A DNA stretch of 64,000 nucleotides from the IMG/VR virus record IMGVR_UViG_3300031867_000015, positions 32,001-96,000 of that record; one strand, given 5' to 3'. A model generated the notes under the pieces. It was not told where the DNA came from. It was given only the letters and a program-made list of their open reading frames with translations, and did not search any database. The first letter of the stretch is position 1; each line of letters opens with the position of its first letter. Positions 47,475-58,187 of this stretch are shown here, one piece after another. The translations under genes were made by a program, and so were the position numbers. The stretch comes from a virus. Taxonomy: Duplodnaviria > Caudoviricetes.

Positions 47475-47642
47475 GAATAGAGGGTAATCTTTTAGGAGAT
47501 TACGTGAGATGAAAACCTCTCACCGCTACGCCAATAGCAGTAGGTGTTCAAGAGCAATCTTGTAAAGCCATTGGTACAGGCGCATTAGTTGTTTGCTGAT
47601 ATCTTATAATGTAACCCGTAGTAATAGAAGAAATCAGTATGC

Positions 47643-47716
47643 GGCAGATTGGTGAAATGGCATCATATAAGGTTCATACCCTTTTGTTCTACGTTCGATT
47701 CGTAGGTCTGCAACCA
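47643..47716 (+). tRNA. tRNA-CAT (Met/fMet/Ile2 ambiguous)
   Basis: GCAGAT/GTCTGC with G1-A72 mismatch, AAGG-TTCATAC-CCTT, CTACG-TTCGATT-CGTAG, ACCA. Confidence 0.8.
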
Positions 47717-47744
47717 ACAATAAGTATAAAGGAGATTTTAATTA

Positions 47745-47993
47745 ATGGACGAAAGAGCATTACAGATTGTCAGAGATTATATTATAGAACATCTTGATAT
47801 TACAGATTGTACAGCAAATGCAAGTTTTGAGGTATACACAGTATGGAAGTGTAAGGCATTACAGAACTGGAAGTATCTGCTTTCAAGCACATTGCCTGAC
47901 GGAATGTACTATGAACTTACATACAACGGTGACAAGAAGGAATGGTATCTTGATGCTTATAAGAAATTTCAGAACGTGGTTATCAAGGATTAA
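47745..47993 (+). CDS. DUF6275-like phage protein
   Basis: VWKCKALQNWKYLLSSTLPDGMYYELTYNGDKKEWYLDAYKK. Confidence 0.8.
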   Translation: MDERALQIVRDYIIEHLDITDCTANASFEVYTVWKCKALQNWKYLLSSTLPDGMYYELTYNGDKKEWYLDAYKKFQNVVIKD

Positions 47994-48215
47994 GTGTAAC
48001 CATGAATATCAATTTTATTATTCTCACATGATTAATGGTGGCATGGGTAAGGTAATATGTTACAAATGCCGTAAATGTGAAAAACAAATTTATAAATATA
48101 TTTAAAGACAACTACTAAATTAATATATTTCCTCCTTGCCCTCTTGGAGGGCTATGCCGTTAAGTGTTGCAACGATACACAAGACAGCACCAAATAAAAT
48201 ATAAGGGGAAATAAA

Positions 48216-48404
48216 ATGGAATATTATTATAAATGTCCTAAGTGTAAAAATAGATTTATGGTTGAAAAGAAAATATCTGAATATAATCCTCATGAAATTT
48301 GTCCCAAATGTGGTGAGGAATCAAACAGAGATATGGAAGTCAACTACTGTAACGGAAACTATGTTGTTAAATGTAGTGGATTTTATGGCAAGACTTCCAG
48401 TTAA
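48216..48404 (+). CDS. FmdB-like zinc-ribbon protein
   Basis: YYYKCPKC...CPKCG...SGFY. Confidence 0.75.
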   Translation: MEYYYKCPKCKNRFMVEKKISEYNPHEICPKCGEESNRDMEVNYCNGNYVVKCSGFYGKTSS

Positions 48405-48416
48405 AGGAGGAATAAT

Positions 48417-49436
48417 ATGCCAAGAGGTAGACCTAAAGGAAGTGGTGGCACTAAAGCCAAAGGTACTTTTACAAAGTTAAACAAATCAGGTCTTAAAGAG
48501 TTGAAGTTTGATGAGGAAACAGTAAAGAAACTTAGGGAAATAAATGCTTCTGATAGTGAAATAAGGATGCTTGAAGCCCCATATCAGTGTACTTGTTGCG
48601 GAAGGAGATTTAAGAAACAACAGGGAAATTTTATGCACTCAGAAAGCGTACTTCATAATGGTAATAATCATTACGTAACTGTTTGCAAGTCTTGTGTCGA
48701 TTCTCTATTAGACCAGTATACAGCATTGCTTGGTTCACAGGATGCCGCAATAAAGCGAATCTGTATGAAGTTTGATATTTACTTTAGTGAATCCACTTGT
48801 GAACAATCAGTAAAGAAGGATGAAAATACTTCACGAATATCAAACTATATAAGTAAGTTGAACCTTCAACAGAACGCAGGTAAAACTTATGATACTTACC
48901 TTTCTGAAATAAGTGAGCAAGGTGGAATTGATTCTTACGATGACCTTGACAATTATAATGATGGTAGCAGAATCAGTAAGGTTATGTTTGAACGTTGGCA
49001 AGGTAATACACCAGAAGATATTATTTTCTTGGAAGAACATTACAAGATGTTAAAACGAACAAATCCTAACGCTGACAACAATCAGGAAATATTCATTAAA
49101 CAGTTATGTATAATTCAATTAATGCAAGTTAAAGCACAGAAGAAAAGTGATATTGCCGCATTTGAAAAGTGTATCAAGATGTATAGGGAAACATTTAAAC
49201 AGGCAGGTTTGCAAACTGTACAGGAAGAAGATACAAGTGTACAGAATCCTTTAGGTGTTAATGCCGAAATTATTTCCCAGTATACACCAGAAGAATTTTA
49301 TAAAGATAAAAAACTTTATGAAGATTATGATGGGCTTGGCGAATACTTTGCTACACACGTAGAAAGACCTTTGGAGAATCTTATGTTCCATGCTAATAAG
49401 GTATATGAAATAGGTGATGCAAATGAAACTGAGTGA
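48417..49436 (+). CDS. Zn-binding protein upstream of terminase (candidate small subunit)
   Basis: CTCCG...CKSC; position before the large terminase. Confidence 0.6.
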   Translation: MPRGRPKGSGGTKAKGTFTKLNKSGLKELKFDEETVKKLREINASDSEIRMLEAPYQCTCCGRRFKKQQGNFMHSESVLHNGNNHYVTVCKSCVDSLLDQYTALLGSQDAAIKRICMKFDIYFSESTCEQSVKKDENTSRISNYISKLNLQQNAGKTYDTYLSEISEQGGIDSYDDLDNYNDGSRISKVMFERWQGNTPEDIIFLEEHYKMLKRTNPNADNNQEIFIKQLCIIQLMQVKAQKKSDIAAFEKCIKMYRETFKQAGLQTVQEEDTSVQNPLGVNAEIISQYTPEEFYKDKKLYEDYDGLGEYFATHVERPLENLMFHANKVYEIGDANETE

Positions 49437-51216
49437 TTATGCTGATAAGAACCAAATGCAATTATACAAACAGTTTCCTTCCACTCATTTTCTTAGTAGC
49501 CCTAAAAGAGTTTTGAATACTATTGCATGGATAACATTCTTTAGAAGAAATATGCATAGGTGTGCCATTGATTATCTCGGTATCAAATTATATCCTTACC
49601 AAGCATTAATGATGTATTTACTTGGCATATGTGATTTATTTAATACGGTAGGTTCAAGATGTATAGCAAAGTCATTTATCATTGGTCTGTATTCATGTTG
49701 TCACGCAATCCTCTATCCTCATAGTGAGATTGTTATAGTTAGTGCAACTGTCAAGCAAGCTGAGTTAATTATAACTAAGAAAATTCAAGGTGAATTGATG
49801 CGTAGTTCCCCTCAGTTACGTGCTGAAATAAAAGCAGTTAGACGAGTTGATGGAAACCTTTGTGTATTCTTTAATAACGGAAGTACCATTAAGATAGGTA
49901 ATTCCAGAGGTGAACGAAGCACACTTCTCATTAGAGAAGAAAGTCGTATGATTAAAAAGGAAATAGATGATTCGGTATTCTCCCCTTTCCAACACGTAAG
50001 AAATGTTGAGTACATGAAAAACGCTTTCTATACTAATATACAAGGATGCATTGAAGAACCCAAAGATGTTTATATAACTTCTTCTTGGTTAGACAATGGA
50101 CATTGGATGTGGGAAATAGCAGACGAAGCCTTTAGCCAAATGATGAAACATGGAAAACAAATTCTTCTTGCTTTTGACCTAAGTGTTGTTATAGAACATA
50201 AACTTAAAACTCTTAATTATCTTAGGAGAGAAAAGAGAAAACTGGATAATCTGTCATGGCGCATTGAGTACCTTAATGAAAGAGTTAAGGAAAATACTGG
50301 TGCGTTTTTTAATTATCAGGAACTCGCAAGACAGCAAAGGTTGGTAAGACCTTTCTATCCAAGAAAAACAATAGATGTTTTATCGGGAAAAAAGAATCCA
50401 TTTGCCATCCCAAAACAAGAAGGTGAAATTAGAGTTGTCGCTTGTGATATGGCTTTTGTAGAAAATGAGAAGAATGATAATTCTATTTTCTCTTGCACAA
50501 GGTTACTGCCAGAAAGTACAACTCACACATTGGCTGATAAAAGTATTGAAATTAATAACGGATATCGTAGACAATTCCCTTATCTTGAAAGTGTACAAGG
50601 TGGAGACATTGATATGCAAGCAATTCGTATTAGGCAATTGTATGAGGACTTTAATGCCGATTATATTGTACTTGACCTAAGAAATGCAGGTGTTGCAGTT
50701 TATGACCGTCTTGCAAAAGTTATGTATGACGAAGAAAGACAAATAGAGTATTCACCATTGACCTGTATGAACGATGATAGCATAGCAAACAGAGTTAAAA
50801 CACCAAATGCAAATCCATGTATATTTGTTATCATAGCTTCACAAAAGATGAACAGTGATATAGCAATGGCTTTAAAGACAGCATTACAGGATAATAAGAT
50901 TGATTTACTTATATCGTACAATAAGGCTCTTGAAGAACAGTTACCCAAGATTGATGAATACAATCAGGCGATTGAACTTGATGACCAATTGTTTTACGAA
51001 AAGCCATATCTTGAAACTCAGGAATTTATTGCAGAAACAAATGGATTGCTTTGTGAAAGGAAGGAACAAACAGGTGTTCTTGTTATAAGCGAGAGAGGTG
51101 CTAACCGTAAGGATAGATATACTTCTATTTCGTATTCAAATTATTTTGCAGACTTATTAGAACAAGATTTAATGTCAATTAATACACAATATGAAGTTGT
51201 TGCACTTGTAAATTAA
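49423..51216 (+). CDS. terminase large subunit
   Basis: LYPYQ, SRCIAKS Walker A-like, LIREES, nuclease ACDMA...KDRYTS. Confidence 0.85.
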   Translation: MKLSDYADKNQMQLYKQFPSTHFLSSPKRVLNTIAWITFFRRNMHRCAIDYLGIKLYPYQALMMYLLGICDLFNTVGSRCIAKSFIIGLYSCCHAILYPHSEIVIVSATVKQAELIITKKIQGELMRSSPQLRAEIKAVRRVDGNLCVFFNNGSTIKIGNSRGERSTLLIREESRMIKKEIDDSVFSPFQHVRNVEYMKNAFYTNIQGCIEEPKDVYITSSWLDNGHWMWEIADEAFSQMMKHGKQILLAFDLSVVIEHKLKTLNYLRREKRKLDNLSWRIEYLNERVKENTGAFFNYQELARQQRLVRPFYPRKTIDVLSGKKNPFAIPKQEGEIRVVACDMAFVENEKNDNSIFSCTRLLPESTTHTLADKSIEINNGYRRQFPYLESVQGGDIDMQAIRIRQLYEDFNADYIVLDLRNAGVAVYDRLAKVMYDEERQIEYSPLTCMNDDSIANRVKTPNANPCIFVIIASQKMNSDIAMALKTALQDNKIDLLISYNKALEEQLPKIDEYNQAIELDDQLFYEKPYLETQEFIAETNGLLCERKEQTGVLVISERGANRKDRYTSISYSNYFADLLEQDLMSINTQYEVVALVN

Positions 51217-51235
51217 ACAAAGAAAGGAGGACGAA

Positions 51236-52831
51236 ATGGCTAAGACACAAAAAAATTATGATAATAAAAACTATGAAACGTGTAGTTATTGGTATCATAA
51301 CGATGTAACTACCGCTACATATTTTAATATTCTATACGATTATAAAATTGAACAGCTTATTGGTATGATTCAAGAGCCAATGATAGATAGCAATAATGAA
51401 CTTATAAGAAAGATATCAAGAAGATTCTATTCAAGTGATGGTATTGTTCGTAATGCTCTTGATTATATTAAGGTTCTTCCAACTTTGGATTATATTGTAA
51501 CAAGCTATGCCAATGACAAAGCTTCTAAAATTAACAAAGAAGTTGTTAGATATGCAATGAAGAAGATAAGACACAAACAATTTGTTAGAGATGCTATTCT
51601 AAAGGGATGTATTGACGGTGTGGCTTTTTACTATCTTGATACTGGTAAAACTAAAGAAGATAGAAAGAAGTTTATAAGTCAATTCCAAGCCGATAGTATA
51701 TCAGAGGTCAATGCGTTAAAACCAAAGTTGGCTAAATTAAACGTGTCTATCAAATCATTGCCTACTGATTATTGTAGAATAATTGGAACTAAGAATAATT
51801 CTTATGTCGTTGCGTTTGATTTAGATTATTTTAATCTTGGCAATGAAAGTGCAGAAAGCAAATTGAGAAGATATCCTCCTGAGTTTACACAGGCATACAA
51901 TAAGTGGAAATCGGGAAACAAAGATTCTAACCAGATGTTTATATTGGACAACACGAAAACAATTGTTCATAAAATATCTTCCAATCTTGATGAACCGTGG
52001 GGTAGACCACTTGTGCTTTCGGCTATCAAGGATATTCTTTATTCTGATGATTTTATAAATACTAAAAGAAATGTACTTGATAAGGTAAATAATAAAATTA
52101 TTTACGAAACATTTCCAGAGGGCAAGACCGCAGGTACTTCGGCTTTGAGCAATGAACAACAGAAACAGCAACATAATGCTGTTAAAGAAGCTGTGCAGAC
52201 AAGAAAGGGAAATGGAACAACTTTCTTTTCCGTTGCCGCAGGTACAAAAATAGGAAGTATAGATGTTAATACAGATTTGTTTGATAGTGACTACGAAACA
52301 AATCTTGACCTAAATGTTGGTTCAGATTTAGGTATCGCCATATCCTTATTGAATGGTAACGGTGCTAACTATGCATCACAACAAACAAATCTTGAATTGA
52401 TTACAGCAAAGGTGTTTGAATGGGTTGATATAATTGTAACCGAACTGAATAAAGTTATTAATTATAATGTACTTGGTCTTAATTATATTGACGTTGAAAT
52501 TAACTATCTTCCTATTACCAATCTTAATAGGGAAAAATATTTTAATATCGCAAAAGAATTATTTACAATCGGTAGAGGTTCGCTTGCTTATCTTGCTAAT
52601 TGTGCAGGTTTATCAAAGGAAGTATATTTCGCCATGTTGGATGAACAGTTAGAAGAAGGAGTCATGGACAAATATCCTGTTAATGCAACTTCTTATAACA
52701 CCTCTGGTAATGATGTAAATAATACAGAAGATGATAAGGGCGGTAGACCAACGGAAGATAATCCTACCAATGACAACACTGTTAAAAGTCAAGCTAACAA
52801 TTCAAATGGTCAGCCTAAACCAAACGTGTAA
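51236..52831 (+). CDS. portal protein
   Basis: follows terminase; EPWGRP motif; C-terminal GGRP acidic tail. Confidence 0.8.
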   Translation: MAKTQKNYDNKNYETCSYWYHNDVTTATYFNILYDYKIEQLIGMIQEPMIDSNNELIRKISRRFYSSDGIVRNALDYIKVLPTLDYIVTSYANDKASKINKEVVRYAMKKIRHKQFVRDAILKGCIDGVAFYYLDTGKTKEDRKKFISQFQADSISEVNALKPKLAKLNVSIKSLPTDYCRIIGTKNNSYVVAFDLDYFNLGNESAESKLRRYPPEFTQAYNKWKSGNKDSNQMFILDNTKTIVHKISSNLDEPWGRPLVLSAIKDILYSDDFINTKRNVLDKVNNKIIYETFPEGKTAGTSALSNEQQKQQHNAVKEAVQTRKGNGTTFFSVAAGTKIGSIDVNTDLFDSDYETNLDLNVGSDLGIAISLLNGNGANYASQQTNLELITAKVFEWVDIIVTELNKVINYNVLGLNYIDVEINYLPITNLNREKYFNIAKELFTIGRGSLAYLANCAGLSKEVYFAMLDEQLEEGVMDKYPVNATSYNTSGNDVNNTEDDKGGRPTEDNPTNDNTVKSQANNSNGQPKPNV

Positions 52832-52832
52832 A

Positions 52833-52864
52833 AGAATCGCTAAAACATTAGCGGTTCTTTTTAT
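52833..52864 (+). terminator. intrinsic terminator
   Basis: AAGAATCGCTAA/TTAGCGGTTCTT plus T-tract. Confidence 0.7.
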
Positions 52865-52896
52865 ATTATTATTTCATTGAAAGGTGGTGAGACTAA

Positions 52897-54078
52897 ATGA
52901 ACACAATTCTCGAAATGGGAAGTAAGAAAACCAAAGGTGGTAGACGATATATCAAATTAGCACTTCTCACCATTCATGAAAATGAAGAAGATACCAATTT
53001 AAACGGCATTAATTGGCGAGAGCAATATGTACTTAATAATATCGAAAGCGCAAAGGGTATGCCGATATGTTGTGAATTTACAGACGAAACAAAGACAGTT
53101 CCTTTAGGTCATGGGTATACTGACCAAATGACTGATGAGTATGGAAACCAAATTCCTCTTTTTGAAAACTCTGACACAGTAGGTGTTGTAGAAACAGCAC
53201 AGATTGAAAACATAGTTATCGACAATGAAGAAAAGCGTGTTCTTGTAGGAGAAGGATATTTATACAATCAAAGATATCCTAATTTTGTAAGATGGCTTAA
53301 AGATAATATGGCTGAAAATTCTATTAAATCCTCTATTGAAATAGTTGGCACAGAGGAAAACAAAGGTCATATTATTTACGATGGTGAAGTAACTGAGGAA
53401 CATCGTGTCCCTAAAGAATTTGACTTTAGTGGTAGTGCAATTTTAAGTGTAAAAGAAGCAGACAAAAACGCTGTTGTGTTAGAAGCGGCTTCTTTAAATA
53501 AAAACAGTAACAAAGAAAGTGAGGTTAATAGAATGGATGAAAAGACACTTGCTCTGATTTGTGATTCAGTAAAGAATACAATCTCAGAAACTAATTCTAA
53601 GAACGCAGAATATGAGACAAAGATTGCGGAACTTAATCAGACTATTACTGATAAGGATGCTAAGATTAATGAACTTAATGCTTCTGTTGCAGAAATTCAG
53701 ACTGCTATTGAAACTGTAAAGGCTGAGATGGCTAAGAAGGAATCTGAACTTAATGCGGCTTGGGAAGAAAAGGCGGCTCTTGAAAAGGCTCTTGGTGAAG
53801 CAATGGCAAAGGAAAGACTTGGCGAACTCAATGAAGCTATTAAGGATTTCTCTGATGAGCAGAAAAACTACGCAAAGGATGAAATCGAAAAGTTCAATGC
53901 AGACCCTACTAACGTAGAGATTAATACTGTACTCGATGCTATTTATCGTGGTATTGGTAAGCAGTCAATGGAAAAGAAGGATGAGCCTGTAGTTGAAGTT
54001 AATTCAGCAGATATTTATGGTGAGGTAATTCACCCTACATCTCAGGTTAATCAGCCCGTAGAAGGTTCTATTTATTAA
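52897..54078 (+). CDS. prohead protease/scaffold protein
   Basis: N-terminal protease-like domain (GHG, SSIEI) plus long C-terminal coiled coil; between portal and capsid. Confidence 0.7.
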   Translation: MNTILEMGSKKTKGGRRYIKLALLTIHENEEDTNLNGINWREQYVLNNIESAKGMPICCEFTDETKTVPLGHGYTDQMTDEYGNQIPLFENSDTVGVVETAQIENIVIDNEEKRVLVGEGYLYNQRYPNFVRWLKDNMAENSIKSSIEIVGTEENKGHIIYDGEVTEEHRVPKEFDFSGSAILSVKEADKNAVVLEAASLNKNSNKESEVNRMDEKTLALICDSVKNTISETNSKNAEYETKIAELNQTITDKDAKINELNASVAEIQTAIETVKAEMAKKESELNAAWEEKAALEKALGEAMAKERLGELNEAIKDFSDEQKNYAKDEIEKFNADPTNVEINTVLDAIYRGIGKQSMEKKDEPVVEVNSADIYGEVIHPTSQVNQPVEGSIY

Positions 54079-54101
54079 TTACAAGAAAGGATGGTTTTAT
54101 T

Positions 54102-54551
54102 ATGGTAAAGGTTTTTACAGTTGAAATGATTGAACACTCAGCACACAGCACACCTAATGTAACTGCACACGCAGACCTGCCTAATGGTGCGCTTGTAGGT
54201 CTTACTTACACAGGTACAACACAGACAACAAAAGCCCCTGCAACTGGCGAGGAACTTTATATTGTTCTTAATACACAGGAGGGCGATAAGGAGTATGACC
54301 TTACTTACACAATCGCACAGGGCGAATATGTAAATCTCTTTAAGCTTTCAAATTGGGTTGGCAAGGAACTTGCTGTAACAAAGGAAAATATTGTAGGCAC
54401 ATTTGCTGATATTGCAGTAGGAGACACACTTACATTTGATGCTACAACTTTCAAGTTCAAGGAAGATACTGCAACTTCTGGTGATGTTGCATTTGAGGTA
54501 CTTGCAATTACTCCTATTGGTGTAAGAGTGCTTATTAAGATTGCCGCTTAA
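54102..54551 (+). CDS. head decoration/structural protein
   Basis: position; high-expression codon usage. Confidence 0.6.
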   Translation: MVKVFTVEMIEHSAHSTPNVTAHADLPNGALVGLTYTGTTQTTKAPATGEELYIVLNTQEGDKEYDLTYTIAQGEYVNLFKLSNWVGKELAVTKENIVGTFADIAVGDTLTFDATTFKFKEDTATSGDVAFEVLAITPIGVRVLIKIAA

Positions 54552-54578
54552 TCAAAGAGGAAAGGAAGGTAATAAAAT

Positions 54579-55667
54579 ATGAAAACATTTGAAATAAATG
54601 AAATGGCAAATTGCCGTAGAGATTCAGTAAACAAGAATCTTCACTCAACATCTCCCATCGTAGAGACTTTTTCTGCGCTTGTTAAGGGTGAGTCTATTGA
54701 GAATATCAAGGACACCAACGGTGTTAAGTGCGGTGATAGATGCGTAACAGCTATTAAGGAACTTAACGCAAGAGCAGAATCAGGTGATGTTTCTGCTATT
54801 TCCGAGATTAACACTATCAGAACCTATGTTGTAAATCCTCTGCTTCTTGAAGAAATCAAACTGCTTGGCTTCTTTGGTGGTTACGAGAATCTTGGATATG
54901 ATGAAACAATTGAGCGTAAGATTATCAAGCAGAGTGTAAACACAAGAGGACAGGCTCTTAATGGTGATGTGCCTTTCAGCTTCAATTATGCTGACAAGTA
55001 TACTGTTCCCTCTACATCCCTGAGTGCAGGTTATGAGGTAGATTACCGTAAGGCACAGTTTGGTGATATGTCTGCTGAGAATATTCTTATTGAAAACATC
55101 AAGACAGATATGAGAAACAAGGCGGCTTCTTATGCGTTCGACAATGTAATTAATGCAGTAAATAATGCTACAATTAAGAACGCTGTAGTAGGCGTAACAA
55201 GAGCAAATGTTCAGACAGTTATCAACAAGGCTCGTCCTTTTGGTAGGGTAACTCTCGTTGGTGATACATCTGCTGTTATCAAGCTTAATGATATCGCCAC
55301 ATATGCAGATTCACAGGCTACACCTTACATGAACATTTCTCAGGAGGCTATGAATGAGATTGCTAAGAACGCATACGTTTCAAATATCATGGGTGCAACA
55401 ATCTACGGTATGGATAACGCTTATGACGTTAGCAAGCTTAATGCCGCAGGTACATGGTTTGATAAGGTTGCAGATGACAGATATATCTATGTAGTTCCTA
55501 CTGGTGTTACTTCACCTGTTCAGCTTTGGACAAGGGGCGGTCTTACATCTATGACTGGCACTGATGTTACAACTGGTAGACTGCTTACAAGATATGACCT
55601 TGAAGTAGCCGCTGATGTAGCAAAGGGCGAAGAATATAAGATTGGTCTTATTGACACTGTATCATAA
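54579..55667 (+). CDS. major capsid protein
   Basis: 362 aa, position, biased codons, followed by a strong terminator. Confidence 0.75.
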   Translation: MKTFEINEMANCRRDSVNKNLHSTSPIVETFSALVKGESIENIKDTNGVKCGDRCVTAIKELNARAESGDVSAISEINTIRTYVVNPLLLEEIKLLGFFGGYENLGYDETIERKIIKQSVNTRGQALNGDVPFSFNYADKYTVPSTSLSAGYEVDYRKAQFGDMSAENILIENIKTDMRNKAASYAFDNVINAVNNATIKNAVVGVTRANVQTVINKARPFGRVTLVGDTSAVIKLNDIATYADSQATPYMNISQEAMNEIAKNAYVSNIMGATIYGMDNAYDVSKLNAAGTWFDKVADDRYIYVVPTGVTSPVQLWTRGGLTSMTGTDVTTGRLLTRYDLEVAADVAKGEEYKIGLIDTVS

Positions 55668-55680
55668 TTGAATTAAATAA

Positions 55681-55710
55681 AGTGGGGCGGTCAATACTGC
55701 CCCACTAATT
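55681..55710 (+). terminator. terminator after the capsid gene
   Basis: AGTGGGGCGG-TCAATA-CTGCCCCACT. Confidence 0.7.
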
Positions 55711-55727
55711 AATTAAGGAGGATTTCT

Positions 55728-56192
55728 TTGATGAATCTTAACATGAATGAAAATATATCAATAAAAAATCTGACAACTTTTCCTGTAGGATTTAGAAGAA
55801 TCAATGGAAACGGAGAAGTTAATCTTCCACCTAACACATCAGTTCTTATTGATAGAGCAGAAGTTATTTCGCAGATTCAGTCACAGAATATTTTATTCTG
55901 TGGAGAGAACAATGATTCTTCTCATCCTTATATCTTTGTTGAGGATAAAGAAACAAGAGTGTTTGTTGGATTTGAAACAGAGGATAAGCCACAGGAGATT
56001 ATTAGCGAAGATAAAATTAAAAAGATTTTTGATATAAAAACACAGAAGTCTTTTGAGAAGGCTATTACTGAAACAATTGTAACATTGGCTGAAAAGAAAA
56101 CACTTATTGAAACAATTAAGAAGCTTGGTATCAATGACCATAGCAAGATTAAATTTATTGAAAAGTATACAGAAATGAAGATTGATGACTAA
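55728..56192 (+). CDS. hypothetical virion-module protein
   Basis: AAGGAGG RBS. Confidence 0.7.
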   Translation: MMNLNMNENISIKNLTTFPVGFRRINGNGEVNLPPNTSVLIDRAEVISQIQSQNILFCGENNDSSHPYIFVEDKETRVFVGFETEDKPQEIISEDKIKKIFDIKTQKSFEKAITETIVTLAEKKTLIETIKKLGINDHSKIKFIEKYTEMKIDD

Positions 56193-56209
56193 GATAAGGT
56201 GGTGAGACT

Positions 56210-56605
56210 ATGGCTGACACAACAACTTTTGAGGATGTGCTGAATAGTTTTCATACTCATTTGCAAGAGAAACAACCCTTACCTACTGGATTGGAAAATG
56301 CGTTCTTTGAGTCAGCCCTTGCTTACTATGAACTTGAAATAGACCATCTCGACTACAACGAGGATGAAAGTAAGTTTGATTCAAAGCATAATAGGACAGT
56401 GGTATATACTTTAGGCATGATAATGTATACTGAATATCTTACAAGAGAATTAAGTAGAATTGAAAAATTACAAGGTTTTCATGGCAAGGATATTCAGTTA
56501 ACAGGAAGTGATGAAAGTAAGCGAACTACCAAGTCAGACTTGGAACTTGAACTTCAAAGATGCAATGAGTATCTTCATAAACAGAAAAGGCATGGATATA
56601 ATTGA
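56210..56605 (+). CDS. putative head-tail adaptor
   Basis: position after capsid; helical 131 aa. Confidence 0.55.
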   Translation: MADTTTFEDVLNSFHTHLQEKQPLPTGLENAFFESALAYYELEIDHLDYNEDESKFDSKHNRTVVYTLGMIMYTEYLTRELSRIEKLQGFHGKDIQLTGSDESKRTTKSDLELELQRCNEYLHKQKRHGYN

Positions 56606-56616
56606 GGTGATGCGGT

Positions 56617-57651
56617 ATGGAATCATGGTATGTTATACAACCGCAACCTACAATGAATAGCGGATATGAAAATGACGAATGGGACAATTATGTTACAGAT
56701 GCATTTGATGAAGTTTTAACCGAAACTAAGTTGGGGCAAACTGTTTTTCTTTGTAATGGTTTATATGATATCGAAACTGGTTTGTTTGAAACTGAATTTG
56801 AAACACAGGCGGTTATTCAGAATGTAACTCCCGATGCTTATACTCAGGGTTGGAAACGACAGATACTTACACGCATTTCAGATATGCTTGTTAATTATAA
56901 GTATGTAAAAGTAAAAGATACTAAAGGTGATTGGCAAATATATCTTATTATGACAATGCCAGACCAGAATCACATTTACACTAAGTCCGTTATACATGAG
57001 TGTAATTACACATTGCGTTGGCAAAATAAACAAGGAATAGTTTACAATTATCCTTGTTTTATAGAAGATGCTTCTCAGTATAATAGTGGTGTTAATGATG
57101 TAAATAGTGTAATCAGAACACCTTATAATCAGCTTATGTGTTGGATATCGTTTGATGATAATACAATTGGTCTTAAACGTGATAGACGTATGTTTATTGA
57201 TTATACTACTGCATATCCACCAGAAGTTTATAAAATAACTTCAACATCAAAAGTACCTTATTCCTATAATGATAAGCGCATTATACGTTTGCTGTTTACA
57301 GAGGATGTATATAATCCTGATGTAGACGATTTAGAATTAGGTTTGTGCGATTATGTTGACCCCGATGATATACCTCAACCAACTACTCCAATTGTAATAT
57401 CCTATAAGGGAAATCCAGAGATTAAGATTGGTGGACGTAAGACATTTAAAGTTGAAAATGAAACTTCTGTTGTTTTCAGCTTATTGCATGACACTTCACT
57501 TGTAAATAAAGTTAGTTTAGAACAAACTGATAATCAGTGTGTCATTAGATGTGTTAACGATGTAAATATAGTTGGCAGTCATTTTAAATTAATTGCAACT
57601 ACTAATGATGGACAAGCAGAACTATTAATAACAATAAAGGGAGTGATATAA
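56617..57651 (+). CDS. putative head closure/neck protein
   Basis: ECNYTLRW..YPC motif; position. Confidence 0.55.
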   Translation: MESWYVIQPQPTMNSGYENDEWDNYVTDAFDEVLTETKLGQTVFLCNGLYDIETGLFETEFETQAVIQNVTPDAYTQGWKRQILTRISDMLVNYKYVKVKDTKGDWQIYLIMTMPDQNHIYTKSVIHECNYTLRWQNKQGIVYNYPCFIEDASQYNSGVNDVNSVIRTPYNQLMCWISFDDNTIGLKRDRRMFIDYTTAYPPEVYKITSTSKVPYSYNDKRIIRLLFTEDVYNPDVDDLELGLCDYVDPDDIPQPTTPIVISYKGNPEIKIGGRKTFKVENETSVVFSLLHDTSLVNKVSLEQTDNQCVIRCVNDVNIVGSHFKLIATTNDGQAELLITIKGVI

Positions 57652-58187
57652 TGCCAAATAGTTCTCTGGTAATACAGGCAAAGAACGATATGCTTGTAGC
57701 ACTTCAAAATGATGACAGAATTATAGAAGCACTTGGTATACATGACGATGAGGATATTGACAATCTGATTGCAGATAGTGATAAGGATGCTTTATCAAAA
57801 AAAAGATTATTTCCTCATTGGTTTGTGCCAAAAACACAGGATATTGCCAAGACATATATCTGTATTGAAGCAGGTGTTACGGCAATTGAAAGAAGGTTTA
57901 CTTCAAGTGTTGCGCCTAAAACATATGATATGGCTACAATAACCATATATGTATTGTCCCATCAGGACGATTTATATATGAATAAGGCAGGTGTATCAGC
58001 AATTCGTCCAGACTACCTTTCGGTTTTGATTGACGAAAAGTTTAATGGTTCTAATGAATTTGGCATAGGCACGTTACAACGAATAAGCAACGAACCTTAT
58101 AGCCTTAAAGACAATGTACATCGTTATAGACAAATTGTATTTCAAGCAGTTGATTTCAATGACAATATGTGTGAGGTTATCCCATGA
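57651..58187 (+). CDS. putative tail terminator/neck protein
   Basis: RPDYL..LIDEKFNG..FGIG; position before the tail tube. Confidence 0.55.
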   Translation: MPNSSLVIQAKNDMLVALQNDDRIIEALGIHDDEDIDNLIADSDKDALSKKRLFPHWFVPKTQDIAKTYICIEAGVTAIERRFTSSVAPKTYDMATITIYVLSHQDDLYMNKAGVSAIRPDYLSVLIDEKFNGSNEFGIGTLQRISNEPYSLKDNVHRYRQIVFQAVDFNDNMCEVIP

